From assembly GCA_965644295.1 (NCBI GenBank), contig CBFFRP010000424.1:62001-126000 (forward strand): 64,000 nt of DNA, given 5' to 3'. The stretch's first letter is position 1. Every line of letters begins with the position of its first letter. The notes under the pieces are model-generated. The model was not told where the DNA came from. It did not search any database and saw nothing but the letters and a program-made list of their open reading frames with translations. Origin of the DNA: Paraphysomonas bandaiensis. Lineage: Eukaryota > Protista > Chrysophyceae. The position numbers and the translations under genes were made by a program. Shown one piece after another: positions 1-11,452 of the stretch.

Positions 1-2
1 GA

Positions 3-803
3 TATCAGGCTACTATATTTCGTTGTTTTTCTTCCTGGAAACACTATAATCACCGTCAGAAGCTCCGCAGACTTGGCAAATGGCCTGAATTGTGGCGCTT
101 GTCGAAATTGTGTCCGGATGAATCAAAACGCGACTCATATACCACATCACGTGTGATGCATGCTTCTCAGGAAGCGTATGTCAGCCCAGGAAGGTCAACT
201 TCTTCTCACACCTCTAGCAGGCCCGAGCGTGATTGGTTGAACGCTAAGACGGAAAGAGACCGGGAATATGATGATGAGGACTTAGTAGAACCGAGGGCAC
301 ACGGTCCCCCTCCACCCCAACTTCATGACTCTACCCCGAATAAAATGAAGCCCCATTTACATCAATTCGAAGAGGATGAGAACCTAACTGAAGACGAATA
401 TCCACGTGCAGCTCTAGACGCAGGCTCTACTCTAACCTCTACGTACTCGGCTGGATCTCTTCTGTTTACTAACACGCTTGGGAGTCTACGGAGCGGAGTC
501 TTGTCATCTACTGGAGACTTTACCACGGCCAATCGGCTGTTTCAAAGGAACGACGTTGACGGAAGGAATCAACGACGTCACAATGGAGAGGAACTTGTAA
601 TCGTATCTGGTAGTTCTGAAGGTGACTCCAGCATGGTCCAAACATATAGTCGACAGAGACGGCACGAGAGAGGAAGCTTTTCACCTGAACCAAGTCATGG
701 TGGGACAGGAGAATACTCTTCTGCAGCATCATTGTTCTCATCTCGGACTGTAGAATCCGGCTCACCAAAGTTGTCGAAGGGGAATAATACGCAACGAAAA
801 TAG
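3..803 (+). CDS. 3' part of a gene; low-complexity, S/R/E/D-rich C-terminal tail, unknown function
   Basis: Frame is open from base 3 to the TAG at 801-803 and is followed by AT-rich sequence. No recognisable domain. Confidence 0.6.
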   Translation, partial: YQATIFRCFSSWKHYNHRQKLRRLGKWPELWRLSKLCPDESKRDSYTTSRVMHASQEAYVSPGRSTSSHTSSRPERDWLNAKTERDREYDDEDLVEPRAHGPPPPQLHDSTPNKMKPHLHQFEEDENLTEDEYPRAALDAGSTLTSTYSAGSLLFTNTLGSLRSGVLSSTGDFTTANRLFQRNDVDGRNQRRHNGEELVIVSGSSEGDSSMVQTYSRQRRHERGSFSPEPSHGGTGEYSSAASLFSSRTVESGSPKLSKGNNTQRK

Positions 804-1052
804 CATGTTTATATGTGTACTACCTCATTGATATTTGATTCATAGTTGTGTATAATATGTTTGAGCTCGAATCGTATAATGTGTGTCTTCAACTCTTGTA
901 CTATCCATACCAATGTTTGTTGGAATGTAGAAATTATACTCATAAATAAACATTTGAGCTTGCTTTAATGGTGATTTTTTCGTACTACCCGTTCACATTT
1001 GCGTAGTTAACTGTATTTCGTATATCCTTGTACCTATGGATGCATGCAGTAG

Positions 1053-2075
1053 TGAATGTCTTATTATTAGCAATAGGTGTTTAAGAATCAGAACTAATTT
1101 AACATTGCGATTTAAGTCTACCTCGTACTTAACTCTGATATTCTACTATTTAACAGAGCCGGACAATAATATATTATTGAATTGCAGTATATTGCAATTA
1201 TTTATTTTTGCTTGCTACAATATATTGATTATTATTTTAGCAAATTTGGCCTCGCAATATATACTATATTGCAGTATATTGCTTAATATACTTGTTAATC
1301 ATAAACTACTCTTCATAATCACATATAACTTATCTACTATTATAACATCGAACAATTATGATAACTACTACCTGCAACGAAGAACGGTATTCGTATTCAA
1401 TAGATTAGAATTCGTACTGTCTCTGTCACGCTATTCACCAAATAGTAAACTCCAAACTGTTTAAATTGATGCTGTCAACAATTTACATATACATATATGC
1501 TTTTATTATAATCTGAAACACAATGTCAGCCACTGAAATATTCTGCCCTCATCTGTTTCATATTTATACGTAAAATATAATGTATGTGAGCAGGCGAAGA
1601 AACCGTTTGTTATTACTATTTTGACTCTCCATGTCTGCTCATGATGTGTTTTGATCTCTTCATTCCTCTGATTTCATTGTTTCATTAATAAAACATTTGT
1701 AAAAGTGGGGAAAAACTAGGGTTGTAAAACTTTCATCATTATGTTGTAATCTCTACTAATAACTAGGTACTACCGATTGAGCTAATTTCTTATATATTAT
1801 AGCGCCAATATATACCAATATACTGCAACATATTTCATAATTATTATTGGTCTTGAAAATATTGTTATTATTAATTTTGCTGGCAATATATTGCAATATA
1901 TTGTTGACTGGCCCTGCCACTTAGCGCTACGAAAGCTGCTTGTGCATCACCGCAACTTAGTACCAACAAGGTGCAACCACTCTTGCTCTATCACTCAAAG
2001 TAAACGAAGTGAGTAAGCAGAATGCTGATATACCCCACATCTTCTGACTTAAGTCTTTAAGGTGAACAACCCGGG
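1053..2075 (-). mobile_element. Copy of the retroposon-like family R1, split by a MITE (pieces 1053-1153 and 1917-2075)
   Basis: gaatgtcttattattagcaatagg...ctactatttaa | cgctacgaaagctgcttgtgc...caaggtgcaaccac is contiguous in the copies at 6958 and 21362 and, reverse-complemented, at 33341-33815. Confidence 0.8.
1154..1916. mobile_element. hAT-type MITE (~763 bp) nested in R1
   Basis: Imperfect TIRs cagagccggacaataatatatt / aatatattgttgactggccctg. Degenerate 8-bp TSD ctatttaa (1146-1153) / ccacttag (1917-1924). Interrupts an otherwise contiguous repeat. Confidence 0.8.
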
Positions 2076-2117
2076 GGATTGGGATAGTGCAAATCCTTAC
2101 TGTAGGAGGATTTAAAT

Positions 2118-2778
2118 CAGGATTCGGTAACTATATATTATATTGTGACACTATTGTTAGATATCGTTCCATCAATACTATTAATATAGGCTTTGGAATG
2201 GGTCCAACAATACTATTGAAATATATTGTAATATGTTGTACAATACTACTGCAACATATTACTATTATTGATCAGTAAGTAAACACATCCGTAGTCATTG
2301 AAACTATTACATGATGATAACCAAACCCACTGCATAGCTAATCACAATTTTTCTTAAACTCACCCTCTGAGCCATCATTGGTGACGTCAGCATCACCATA
2401 TTTATTCAAAATTAATTGAAGTATGCATGGAACCAGCCACAATGCAGGCGTTCATGTGCTTTCAGAAAGAAGATCATATTAAGTGTAGAACAATGCAACA
2501 CTGATAAAATTGTTTTTGCTGCGCTGAGCAAGCGTTCACATATGTTTGAAGTACATTCAACATGACTCGTGCACCTGTACTTAGATATTTCAACTTTTTG
2601 TGTATTATGGTTTTTGAGTTGTTTTGAGTTGACAGAAGAAATTTTTCCGTATATCCAACATCAGCTTCATCATCTTACAGTTAAAAAGCTCTCGGTATAT
2701 CTTGTGTGATACTTTAACAGAGACAATATTGACGGAATTTTTTGGCCGCTCTACCAACAATATATTACCGAAACCCTC
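2118..2778 (-). mobile_element. Internally deleted hAT DNA transposon with a transposase C-terminal remnant
   Basis: TIR-like ends caggattcggtaactatat / atattaccgaaaccct. Minus strand 2600-2440 reads SKYRCTSHVECTSNICERLLSAAKTIL...TLNMIFFLKAH, matching the hAT C-terminal motif (TSxxxERxFS...LFLK). A related copy lies at ~49022. Confidence 0.8.
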
Positions 2779-2934
2779 CACTGGCAGCTGGATATATTAT
2801 ATGAAATGGCAGTGCATCTGCGTTTAATTTTGCTTGAGTTAGTATCTTGTATCTTACACGTAAAGCTTATTTCATTAACTTTGAATTTCCTGTATTATTG
2901 CGGTAATTACATTAATCTCATATAATATATACGT

Positions 2935-3290
2935 CTATACTCCACAAACACACACTGTATGCCTATACTCCACTATAACACACTGTATGCCTATACTCCA
3001 CTATAACACACTGCATGCCTATACTCCACTATCACATACTGCATGCCTATACTCCACTACCACACACTGCATGCCTATACTCCACTATCACACACTGCAT
3101 GCCTATACTCCACTATCACACACTGTATGCCTATACTCCACTATCACACACTGCATGCCTATACTCCACTATCACACACTGCATGCCTATACTCCACTAT
3201 CACACACTGCATGCCTATACTCCACTATCACACACTGCATGCCTATACTCCACTATCACATACTGCATGCCTATACTCCACAAACACATA
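2935..3290. repeat. 28-bp minisatellite, ~12.5 units (ctatactccactatcacacactgcatgc)
   Basis: Direct tandem repetition. It explains the spurious periodic ORFs at 2987-3553. Confidence 0.95.
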
Positions 3291-4328
3291 CTTTTAAGCT
3301 TTTCTGTATGATACGACATATGTTGACATTTGTCTCCACCACACAAAGAAATAGGTCTCCATCCACGACAACAAAAGTAGATTCCGAGATCACTCCGTAC
3401 ATAGCCATGGATGTCACCGCTGTGCACGACACACGACTCCCTCATCTACTTCAATCTACCTCTTACCCATGCTCGCTCGCTACCTCGGCTTCAATCACAA
3501 CGTCACTTTGCCTCCTGCGCACAGACAACAAGCACATACTCCATTACAGGTGAAGCTAGTTATCCAGTGGACATGTGCTGTCCACAGACACTCAAACTAT
3601 CGTTACGGTCTAGAGCCATAGCATAACTAGCTTAGCAACTGTTGACTACAGCAGCAATGCTAATTCCACTTGCATCAATTACATTTATGAAGAAGTATAT
3701 CCATTGATACCTATGTATGTATGTCCATATGTATGCCATCCATCTAGCAATCTTAACCACGTACAACGTCCGCATGTACTGCTCATGTAGTCCACCAAGT
3801 ACAGCAGCAGAAGATATCAGTACTATCAGATATCGTACTGCTGTACTGTGTACTGTAGTACACAGGAGAGGAACATCAAACCCTCCAGCACAAGAGCGAA
3901 GTGAAGTGAAGTGTCGAAGTGAGTGATGGCACTCGCACTCTTCTCTCTCTGCTCTGTATAGGTGTGGTATAGTCTATACATGTGAACATGAGTGTAGTGT
4001 ATGGGCTGTGGAGACACCAACACATTTCAACAGTGATTGATGGCAACCATGAGCTAGAGCATGAAGAGACAGAGCGAAGACGTTGGAGTTGTACCATCTG
4101 ATGGTATCTGGAGCTGAGAGATGAATCAGCTATCGTTCAGATGCATGAAGTGCTGGTGTTTTAACCCTTAATGTTGATAAGTAGAAGCAGTCCATACTAT
4201 ACCCACTGATTGACGGAGGGGCCACTATACGCTGGCTGCATTGAATAGAGCTGTGATTAGAGGACAGCAGAGACCTTCTAACTCTAATTAAGTTGTCCAA
4301 GAGAGTGTGAAGTGCCTCTAATATAATC

Positions 4329-6653
4329 ATGGGAGCCTGCAGCAGCTCTTATTCAGGAGGTGCTGAAACTTACCATCGACCAGCATTGACGTATCCTCCA
4401 GTGTTTGAAAACTTAATCATTGGAAATATGAATGATGTTAAAGAAAAAATCGAAGAAAGCCTTCTTGATCTGTGTGAGAGCCATCATGGTCAAACTCGAA
4501 TAAAAGAGAAACTGTGCTTTCGATGTGTGATTAACCCTCCTCGACATGGAAAATCTCTACTACTTGATACGTTGTTCCAATCGAACGATACTGTGCTTGT
4601 AATTCCAATTTCTTATAATGGGGACACAAGTTTTTCAACCAAAGAAATCGAGAGTCCACAAGTAGCGAAATCATACTTTTGGCTCAGAGTCCTGAAAACT
4701 CTGCTGTCCTTGCGAACGACCCTAGAAGTTCTGTATAGTAGGTACAGAGGTATCAATTTGAACTTCTCACGAATTCAAAAAATATCACGGAAAAGTTTGC
4801 TCGTGGACCCCTTTATTTGCGTTAATGGGACAAAAAAAAATGTAGTGATTTGCGTGGATGAATTTTCGTTGCTGACAGATAGTAGAAATAAGAATAAGCT
4901 ATGGAGCGCCGAGGACAAGCAGCAGTTTGTTTGTGCTCTGCAGAATGAAATGACCGCCAAACCCTTTCTTCAGTATGTATTAACTGGATTTAACACAAAC
5001 GTTACTACACTACTGGGTTATTCCGCCGCGAAGGTGGATTGTTACGTACTGAAAATGTGCAGCTTTTCGCAGTCTCGGCCACTTTTGATGCGAATAGTCG
5101 ACCACTATAGGGCGCGAAATCCACCAGTTGACGTCCCTGCCAGCTTATTTGAGGCGATCAAATGCACTCCTGGCTTGGTGGGTCTCTGGGCTGAGTGCGT
5201 TGTTCGCGATAAGAGATGTGATCGCAGTCTCGTCGAATTCCAGGACAAGGCGGCTCCGAATTGGCTGAAAAAGATTGTGAATTCTGACAATCTGATAAGA
5301 AACTGGAAAATTATTTTGCAATATTTGTTGCATTTAGAAAGATCCTACACCTCAATAGATGCGAAAGAGACTGCGGAGAACAGCATAAGCACTGATTTAA
5401 TCGACAATCAAATTGGTATTGGTGCATCGGGTTCATCAGCACCTCAAATTATCCCTTTGTGCTTCGTCTTAATCGTAAGAAGCATGATGGAGTACGCCCA
5501 GCGTTCTCCCGCCAACGTCTCTGTGGAAGATTTGGCCTTGGCGAGATTATACTCCCAAGCATTGGATGCATGCGATAAAACTTCTTTCAATGCTAACAGA
5601 AAAGGGGTGCACTTTGAGAGCTTCACACACGCAACTCTGTTGGCACGTTTACTCATTCATTCATGCTTGAGCCGAGAGATACAGGATTCAGCTCCTGGCT
5701 CATATATGGCCCACAATCAAACCCACACACAGCATTACTCAATCAGTGCTGAGAAGTTTTTCCCCGGGCCAGTTTTTAAATGTAGCAGTTTAATGGGATC
5801 GTTTTATTTCCACACTATATGTTCCAAACCAGATTTGAATACTTTCTTGCTCCCACCTTTGTATTATCTCTTCCCACTTACAATCAACTCTTTACGAACC
5901 AATAATGACAATAACATTTCCCTCACATCATCATTGCACAAATGGCTGAAGGGTATGGAAATATCGAAAAAGTTCGCACCTAGCCAGCAAGAAATTGATA
6001 CTGGCAACATATTATTTCAGAATCGGGATATTACGCAAAATACTACGGGATCTTGGTTCGATTTGGTTTTGCCAATCAAAAAAGGTTGTGCTGCCTATTT
6101 CGAGAATGAGGATCAAGTACTGAGACTTATGAATCAAATTAAACATGTTATCACGTCAGAATCACTATCCAGGGAAGGCACGATAAAATATTTAGATGAT
6201 AGGCATAAGAAAGACCAACATTCGAAAGACAAAACTATAAAACGACAGAGTGGTTTCTTATTCAAGTTGAAGGAAGGTTTGGAGTATTTGCATGACATCT
6301 GCACAAAGTGTACCCCCAACGTATATCTGACACGGGATAATGCCGAAGGAGCTGACGTCATCATGGTATGGTGCGATAATCGGAATAATGCTGATGACTT
6401 AGCATCGAGCTGTTCTAACGATGACGATAATAGCACTGGTGATGTTGTATTGCAAGAAAAGTGTACTATTCACTTGGCTGCCATAGAACTGAAAGACCAG
6501 CGCTCCACTGATCCAGCAGAGTGGACAAAAAAAATTACAGCTCTGACTTCCCCTCGATGCTTGGTTTGGTGGCTCAAAGAAGTCTTGCCAACAGAGTTTG
6601 ATTTGGAATTTCATATTGTTTTCGCTGGGAGAGAGCATTGTTCTGTAATTTAG
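4329..6653 (+). CDS. Intronless 774-aa P-loop NTPase + PD-(D/E)xK nuclease protein (Crinkler/RHS-effector-like) with an N-terminal myristoylation motif
   Basis: MGACSSS N-terminus; Walker A-like VINPPRHGKS; Walker B VVICVDEF; KGVHFE helix; C-terminal NAEGADVIMVW...AAIELKD. Confidence 0.7.
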   Translation: MGACSSSYSGGAETYHRPALTYPPVFENLIIGNMNDVKEKIEESLLDLCESHHGQTRIKEKLCFRCVINPPRHGKSLLLDTLFQSNDTVLVIPISYNGDTSFSTKEIESPQVAKSYFWLRVLKTLLSLRTTLEVLYSRYRGINLNFSRIQKISRKSLLVDPFICVNGTKKNVVICVDEFSLLTDSRNKNKLWSAEDKQQFVCALQNEMTAKPFLQYVLTGFNTNVTTLLGYSAAKVDCYVLKMCSFSQSRPLLMRIVDHYRARNPPVDVPASLFEAIKCTPGLVGLWAECVVRDKRCDRSLVEFQDKAAPNWLKKIVNSDNLIRNWKIILQYLLHLERSYTSIDAKETAENSISTDLIDNQIGIGASGSSAPQIIPLCFVLIVRSMMEYAQRSPANVSVEDLALARLYSQALDACDKTSFNANRKGVHFESFTHATLLARLLIHSCLSREIQDSAPGSYMAHNQTHTQHYSISAEKFFPGPVFKCSSLMGSFYFHTICSKPDLNTFLLPPLYYLFPLTINSLRTNNDNNISLTSSLHKWLKGMEISKKFAPSQQEIDTGNILFQNRDITQNTTGSWFDLVLPIKKGCAAYFENEDQVLRLMNQIKHVITSESLSREGTIKYLDDRHKKDQHSKDKTIKRQSGFLFKLKEGLEYLHDICTKCTPNVYLTRDNAEGADVIMVWCDNRNNADDLASSCSNDDDNSTGDVVLQEKCTIHLAAIELKDQRSTDPAEWTKKITALTSPRCLVWWLKEVLPTEFDLEFHIVFAGREHCSVI

Positions 6654-6957
6654 TGCACGCTCAACAAGTGTAGCCCGGATATTAAATGTGTAGGAGTCGA
6701 TCAAGCTCCTTACGCAGGCGAATATTTCTGGGTGTTGTTGGTATTGTATAGATAGTATCGAAATGTGTATTATTTTCTTTGGAGGCATCACAAAGTGGCA
6801 ATGTGGAATATTGTGTTGTGAACGCACACTGAATGCTTAATTACGATAGTGCAGATGTGAGCATACAAATTCAATGTGAACTGCAAAGTGTGTCTTGAAA
6901 AAGTGAAATCGAATATTATTTTATAAGAAAATTACTTGCTAAAGCGCATATATATAT

Positions 6958-7426
6958 TGAAAGTCTTATTATTAGCAATAGGCGTTAAAAACCTGCACCA
7001 ACTTAGTAGCTAGATGATTGCTAGACAAGCTAGTTAGACCTCTACCTGTAACTAATCAGTACACACTTTTTTTATCCTACTATTTAACGCTACGGAAGCT
7101 GCTTGTGCGTCGCCGCAAGCACCAAGGTGCGACCACTTCCGCTCTGAGTTCTTAAGGTGAACATCCCGGATGCTTGACTTCAGCAGGCAGCCCAATACCC
7201 CGGTTACCCTTCAGGTGGGCCCATTCCCGGATGCCTGTTTATTCGTCATGGCCCAAAGACGTCTACACAAGTGACACTTATTGGTGTCCCTTGTACCACA
7301 CAAGCATTCGGCTATGCGTGGGCAGAAGAATATATGCTGACTATGTTTGCGGCTCACGTTAGTTTCCCAGAGAGAATCTCTCCGGTACTTATCCCCCAGA
7401 ACACCACGAAAAGGTGTGAGTCCGAC
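6958..7426 (-). mobile_element. Full-length-looking R1 non-autonomous retroposon (SINE-like, ~470 bp)
   Basis: Aligns end to end with 33341-33815 on the opposite strand. Structured head at 7350-7425. Tail ends ...aataataagactttca next to (TA)n. Confidence 0.75.
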
Positions 7427-7909
7427 TTTGTTGAGAGTATATATATATTATTGGCATTGTGAGGGGCCAGTACATTGCCAATTTTATTATTTCCGGGCCA
7501 GGCACAGGTGCACCAGGGTCCAGGCACTGACTTCGATGAGGCGCATAGTTCTGAAGTGAATGAGCTCTGTCTTTCTTGGAATATTAGATTATTTGGTCTC
7601 TATCAACCGGTATATATATCGTATTGGGCGTTGCAATATTATTTATTTTTGCAATATTATCATATTATTGTTTTCGCTGGGAGAGAGCATTGTTCTGTAA
7701 TTTAGTGCACGCTCAACAAGTGTAGCCCGGATATTAAATGTGTAGGAGTCGATCAAGCTCCTTATGCAGGCAAATATTTCTGGGTGTTGTTGATATCGTA
7801 TAAAAAAAGTTTTCATTTACCGAAAGGTGTTATGTTTGCTCTGCTGGCATGACAAAAGTAGCAATGTGTTTTGAACGAATATTGCATGATTAATTACGAT
7901 AGTGCAGAT

Positions 7910-8011
7910 CAGGGCCTGGTAACCGTTAATGGTAATGGCATTAATGGCCATTAGTGTAATGCCATTATAATTGCTGGAAACTACACTACCATTAATGGTT
8001 TCCAGGCCCTG
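7910..8011. mobile_element. 102-bp hAT-type MITE
   Basis: TIRs cagggcctggtaaccgttaatgg / ccattaatggtttccaggccctg. 8-bp TSD gtgcagat / ctgcagat. An empty site is present in the paralogous segment at ~6849-6856. Confidence 0.92.
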
Positions 8012-8763
8012 CTGCAGATGTGAGCATACAATGACGATATATGAACTGGAAGTGTGTCTTCGAAAAGGTAAAAAATCGAATATCATTTTATAATAAGAAC
8101 GATACTTGCTAAAAAGCAAAGCATTGAAAAGCAAATGTCAACATGGAAGCGATTGATATGATTTCTAAAAGGGATAGAGTTGTGACGGCGACCCAATAGT
8201 CAATAAGTACGTCGCCAAATAAGTTCCCTACTCTTTCCGGGTGAGGAACAGAGGCGTCAGGGTCCAGACCAGGCACTGAATCCGAGGTAGCAATAATCAA
8301 TAAAATAGGCGCATATAGTTCTAAAGTAGATGAGCTCTGTCTCATTTGGCGTATTCGGATAATCGGCCTCAATCAACCCGTATATCCTATAGGGTATATA
8401 CCATCACAATCACTATATATACTTAACAAACATAGTATGTGAAAGCTTAAGAAATGCTAAATGTTTCATCGATAGGCCAGCGATGTATCGCATGTACATG
8501 TTCTTAGTAGTTTTCTACTACAGTAGTATAGTTGCAAAACAAGAAAATATTTTTTTTTACATATATAAATCAGCCACATCGTTCTTACTTGCTCATATAT
8601 GCCTGGTAGTTACTCTGATATGTCAACCATGTAGATTCAGGAAAGTAGAAAGACAAGACGATCGAATGTCATGATAAATATACATCTAATGTTGATATAC
8701 CTGAGATCTACACATCTACTGACTTCATGATTTTTAATTCCTTATAGTGTACAGTGAATTCTT

Positions 8764-8880
8764 CCGGATACTTGACTTCAGCAGGCAGCCCAATACCCCG
8801 GATTCCCTTAAGGTGGGCCCATTCCCAGATGCCTGTTTATTCGTCAAGACGCCCAAAGGCGTCTACACAAGTTGCACTTA
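8764..8880 (-). mobile_element. Internal fragment of R1
   Basis: ccggatacttgacttcagcaggcagcccaataccccgg...gtctacacaag matches 7165-7272. Confidence 0.85.
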
Positions 8881-9355
8881 TGTTTTGATGTTGTGAAAGC
8901 CTTTTATATTTATGGTGTGAGAGAATATCTTAAATATCAACAATGAGTGATCAATGGGTAATTGGCAAAGGGTAAAATAATATTGACAAAAAGTTGAGTC
9001 ATTTATTACTTTTACTAGATATTTATACCAAGATTAGCGTAACTAGTAGGAAATATAACCAGCTTGTCTAAGTTGAATAATGCCTTCCTAGGCAGTAGCC
9101 TTCAGTTAATTTATAATTTATATTATGCTGAACAACTACTTATACCTTATACTAATTTGCACTTAACTTGATCAAATTATACCACTCTGCAATTTTAGTA
9201 GCAAGAAAAGTGCCATATGGACATCACCAACTAAGTTGTACTTCAATAAATATGTTATTAAACGCTATATTCGGAGCACAGAATAAAAACAATAAAATTC
9301 AGACTAGAATTCGAACCCCATAAAATTCATAACAAAAGCAGGTTTTACAGGTTTA

Positions 9356-11028
9356 CTACACAGTTATGACATCATATTTCATTATAGGATAGGATACATC
9401 TTTTCTTTTCAGTCTAAAATCACCAACGCGTATAAGTTGGCTCCAAATGGCACACATGCATCCACTCATTGACTCTTTTGCCCTTTGAATTTGCATTTGC
9501 GCTGCGTTGTCTGTTGAGCCAATATGACTAAAAGCCTCTTCTAGAGTGTCGCTCCAACCACATGATGTCGTGGTGCTGTTCCATACAGGTTCATTCTGAC
9601 ATCGTTTTACTGTGTCCTCTGCCGATTTACAATGTATTTATTAGTGGCAACAAAAGAGCAGCAATCGATGAATACCTACTAACGTATCGCAGTATCGCCT
9701 CGCCGCATAGTGATGATATGCAATTGCATCGAAGCCCATTAGACTATCCATGAACATCTGTCTGAGAAGACCTTTCTCTCCTACGAAATAATTATGAGCA
9801 AGTAAGTCCTACAACACAGAGCAATATAATGTCTTACGGTCTTTTTGAAAGCGCCCCCTGTCGAGTACATCAGGAGCGGTTGCTACCTTGCCAGGCTGTC
9901 CTTTATGACCCAGATAATATAGCCCAACTTTCGGGCCATTAGCCATGGCCAACGGGCGATGGTTCACGGTTTTCGGGTATTTCTGTCTGGCGTAGTGGTA
10001 ATATAGGTCGTATTCCGACAAAGGATGCGCAGTATTTTGCTGCGCAACAATCTCAATTACAACTTCCCAGAATTGAAGTCGCTTAGAATGCTTTGCTGCC
10101 AAGAAGACACAGTAAGCACGATACATTAAAGTTCAGATACGAGCAATTAATTATTTAATCACTATTAACTATATAGCGACGTCATAACGTACCTTCATAG
10201 ATATCTTCTGCGGTGCGGTATATTTCCCGAAGGATGTGCCCAGCCATAGGCATGTGGTGGACTATCCCACTTCTATGAGTGGTTATATTAGGCTCCGGTA
10301 GTCCAATACCAACGAGCTCAGATGCAGTGTAATAATACGGAGATGTGTACTGAGCAGTCGTGGCGTAATTCATAACGGGCAAATGTATTGTAGCCCCACT
10401 CGCAGGGTCAACGACAGAAACTGGAGGTGACCTGTGATCGATAAAATACACATCTCTAAACCACACCATATCCGTGTCCAGGACGACGTAGTTCTCCAAC
10501 TTCAGCACATCTCCTGCGCACAACTGCAAACAGGCAATAAAATTGGAGTATAGGAAAAGAAGTCACACAGCCACTAACTTTTAGGAGCTGCTGCAATATC
10601 CATCCAACCATTTGAATTTTTGAGTGACTCGAAATCGATTTTATAGAAAAAGGGAAAGAAGTTTCACTGATAAACTTAACTCTGGGCTCCAGTTTCCCAT
10701 TATATTGTTCCCTATCATACTCTTTAAACGGCCACATGTAAGCAGGCAGTGTACATGTGCTCACCTCAGCTTATCTGCTTCACTTGCAATGACGTATACA
10801 TTATTCACATCACGGAGATGCTTCAGTACACTAGGAAGAGAATACTGAAATATGTGGTGGTCCTTAGAAGCGACCAAGATAACAGCATCCAGAGTCTGTC
10901 CACTTGTATCTGAGAACCAGACACATTAACACATACACACATATACAGGCCATAAGCACCCTACCGCCACTAACACAACAAAGCCATGAGAGGCAAATGA
11001 ATTGTATCAGACTGCTGGATCCTCTCAT
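9356..11028 (-). CDS. Secreted/Golgi GT-A-like glycosyltransferase (DUF6492-like), multi-exon
   Basis: Signal peptide MRGSSSLIQFICLSWLCCVSG; LDAVILVASKD; GWILQQLLKL; YVVLDTDMVWFR (DxD); SEYDLYYHY. GT-AG introns join the ORF pieces. Confidence 0.7.
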
Positions 11029-11452
11029 AGTGAGTTACTGGAAGGAATGAAGTGTTCAGAGTTTGGCCAAAACTCCCTCAGAGCTAACTGCTGTGTATGC
11101 TGTGCATGCTATGCGTATGCTGCCTGTAGGTATACATACATGCATACTGCTGTATACATCGGAGGTATAGCAGTACACTCTTCTACAGCAGCAGTGGTAT
11201 GTATCGGTACTACTGGACCGTGCATCGGTACAGGCAATATCCACATAGACAGAGTACAATACAGCAGTACTGGAGTACGGAGTATACTGCTGCTGCTGTA
11301 TGTGTGGAGTTTATCATATGAAGCTTCCGTTCATGTCCATGCATTGCACATACCATCCAGCGCTTAAGGCCACAGGACACTGATACACTTATAATGCCGC
11401 GTGGTAAGTTAGAGTAATTCAATTAATGATATAATATGAAGGGTTTGTTAGC

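Larger units (their letters stand above)
6612..8390 (+). repeat. Local tandem duplication of the NTPase-REase 3' end and downstream DNA (6612-6950 ~ 7664-8110; 7517-7625 ~ 8258-8390)
   Basis: attgttttcgctgggagagagcattgttctgtaatttag...gatcaagctcctta is near-identical in both copies, then progressively diverges. Confidence 0.9.

Noticed and set aside
2310-2372. Box C (ATGATGA) ... box D (CTGA) snoRNA-like spacing, also at ~49152-49225
   Set aside because: No terminal stem or recognisable guide. Both copies lie within hAT transposon remnants, which explains the conservation.
2987-3553. Periodic His/Cys-rich ORFs, or a CRISPR-like array
   Set aside because: Pure 28-bp tandem repeat with no unique spacers, and the same peptide appears in all three frames.
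4530-4560. PPRHGKS resembles a phage terminase Walker A
   Set aside because: The rest of the protein lacks terminase motifs and no viral genes are nearby. NTPase-REase fits better.
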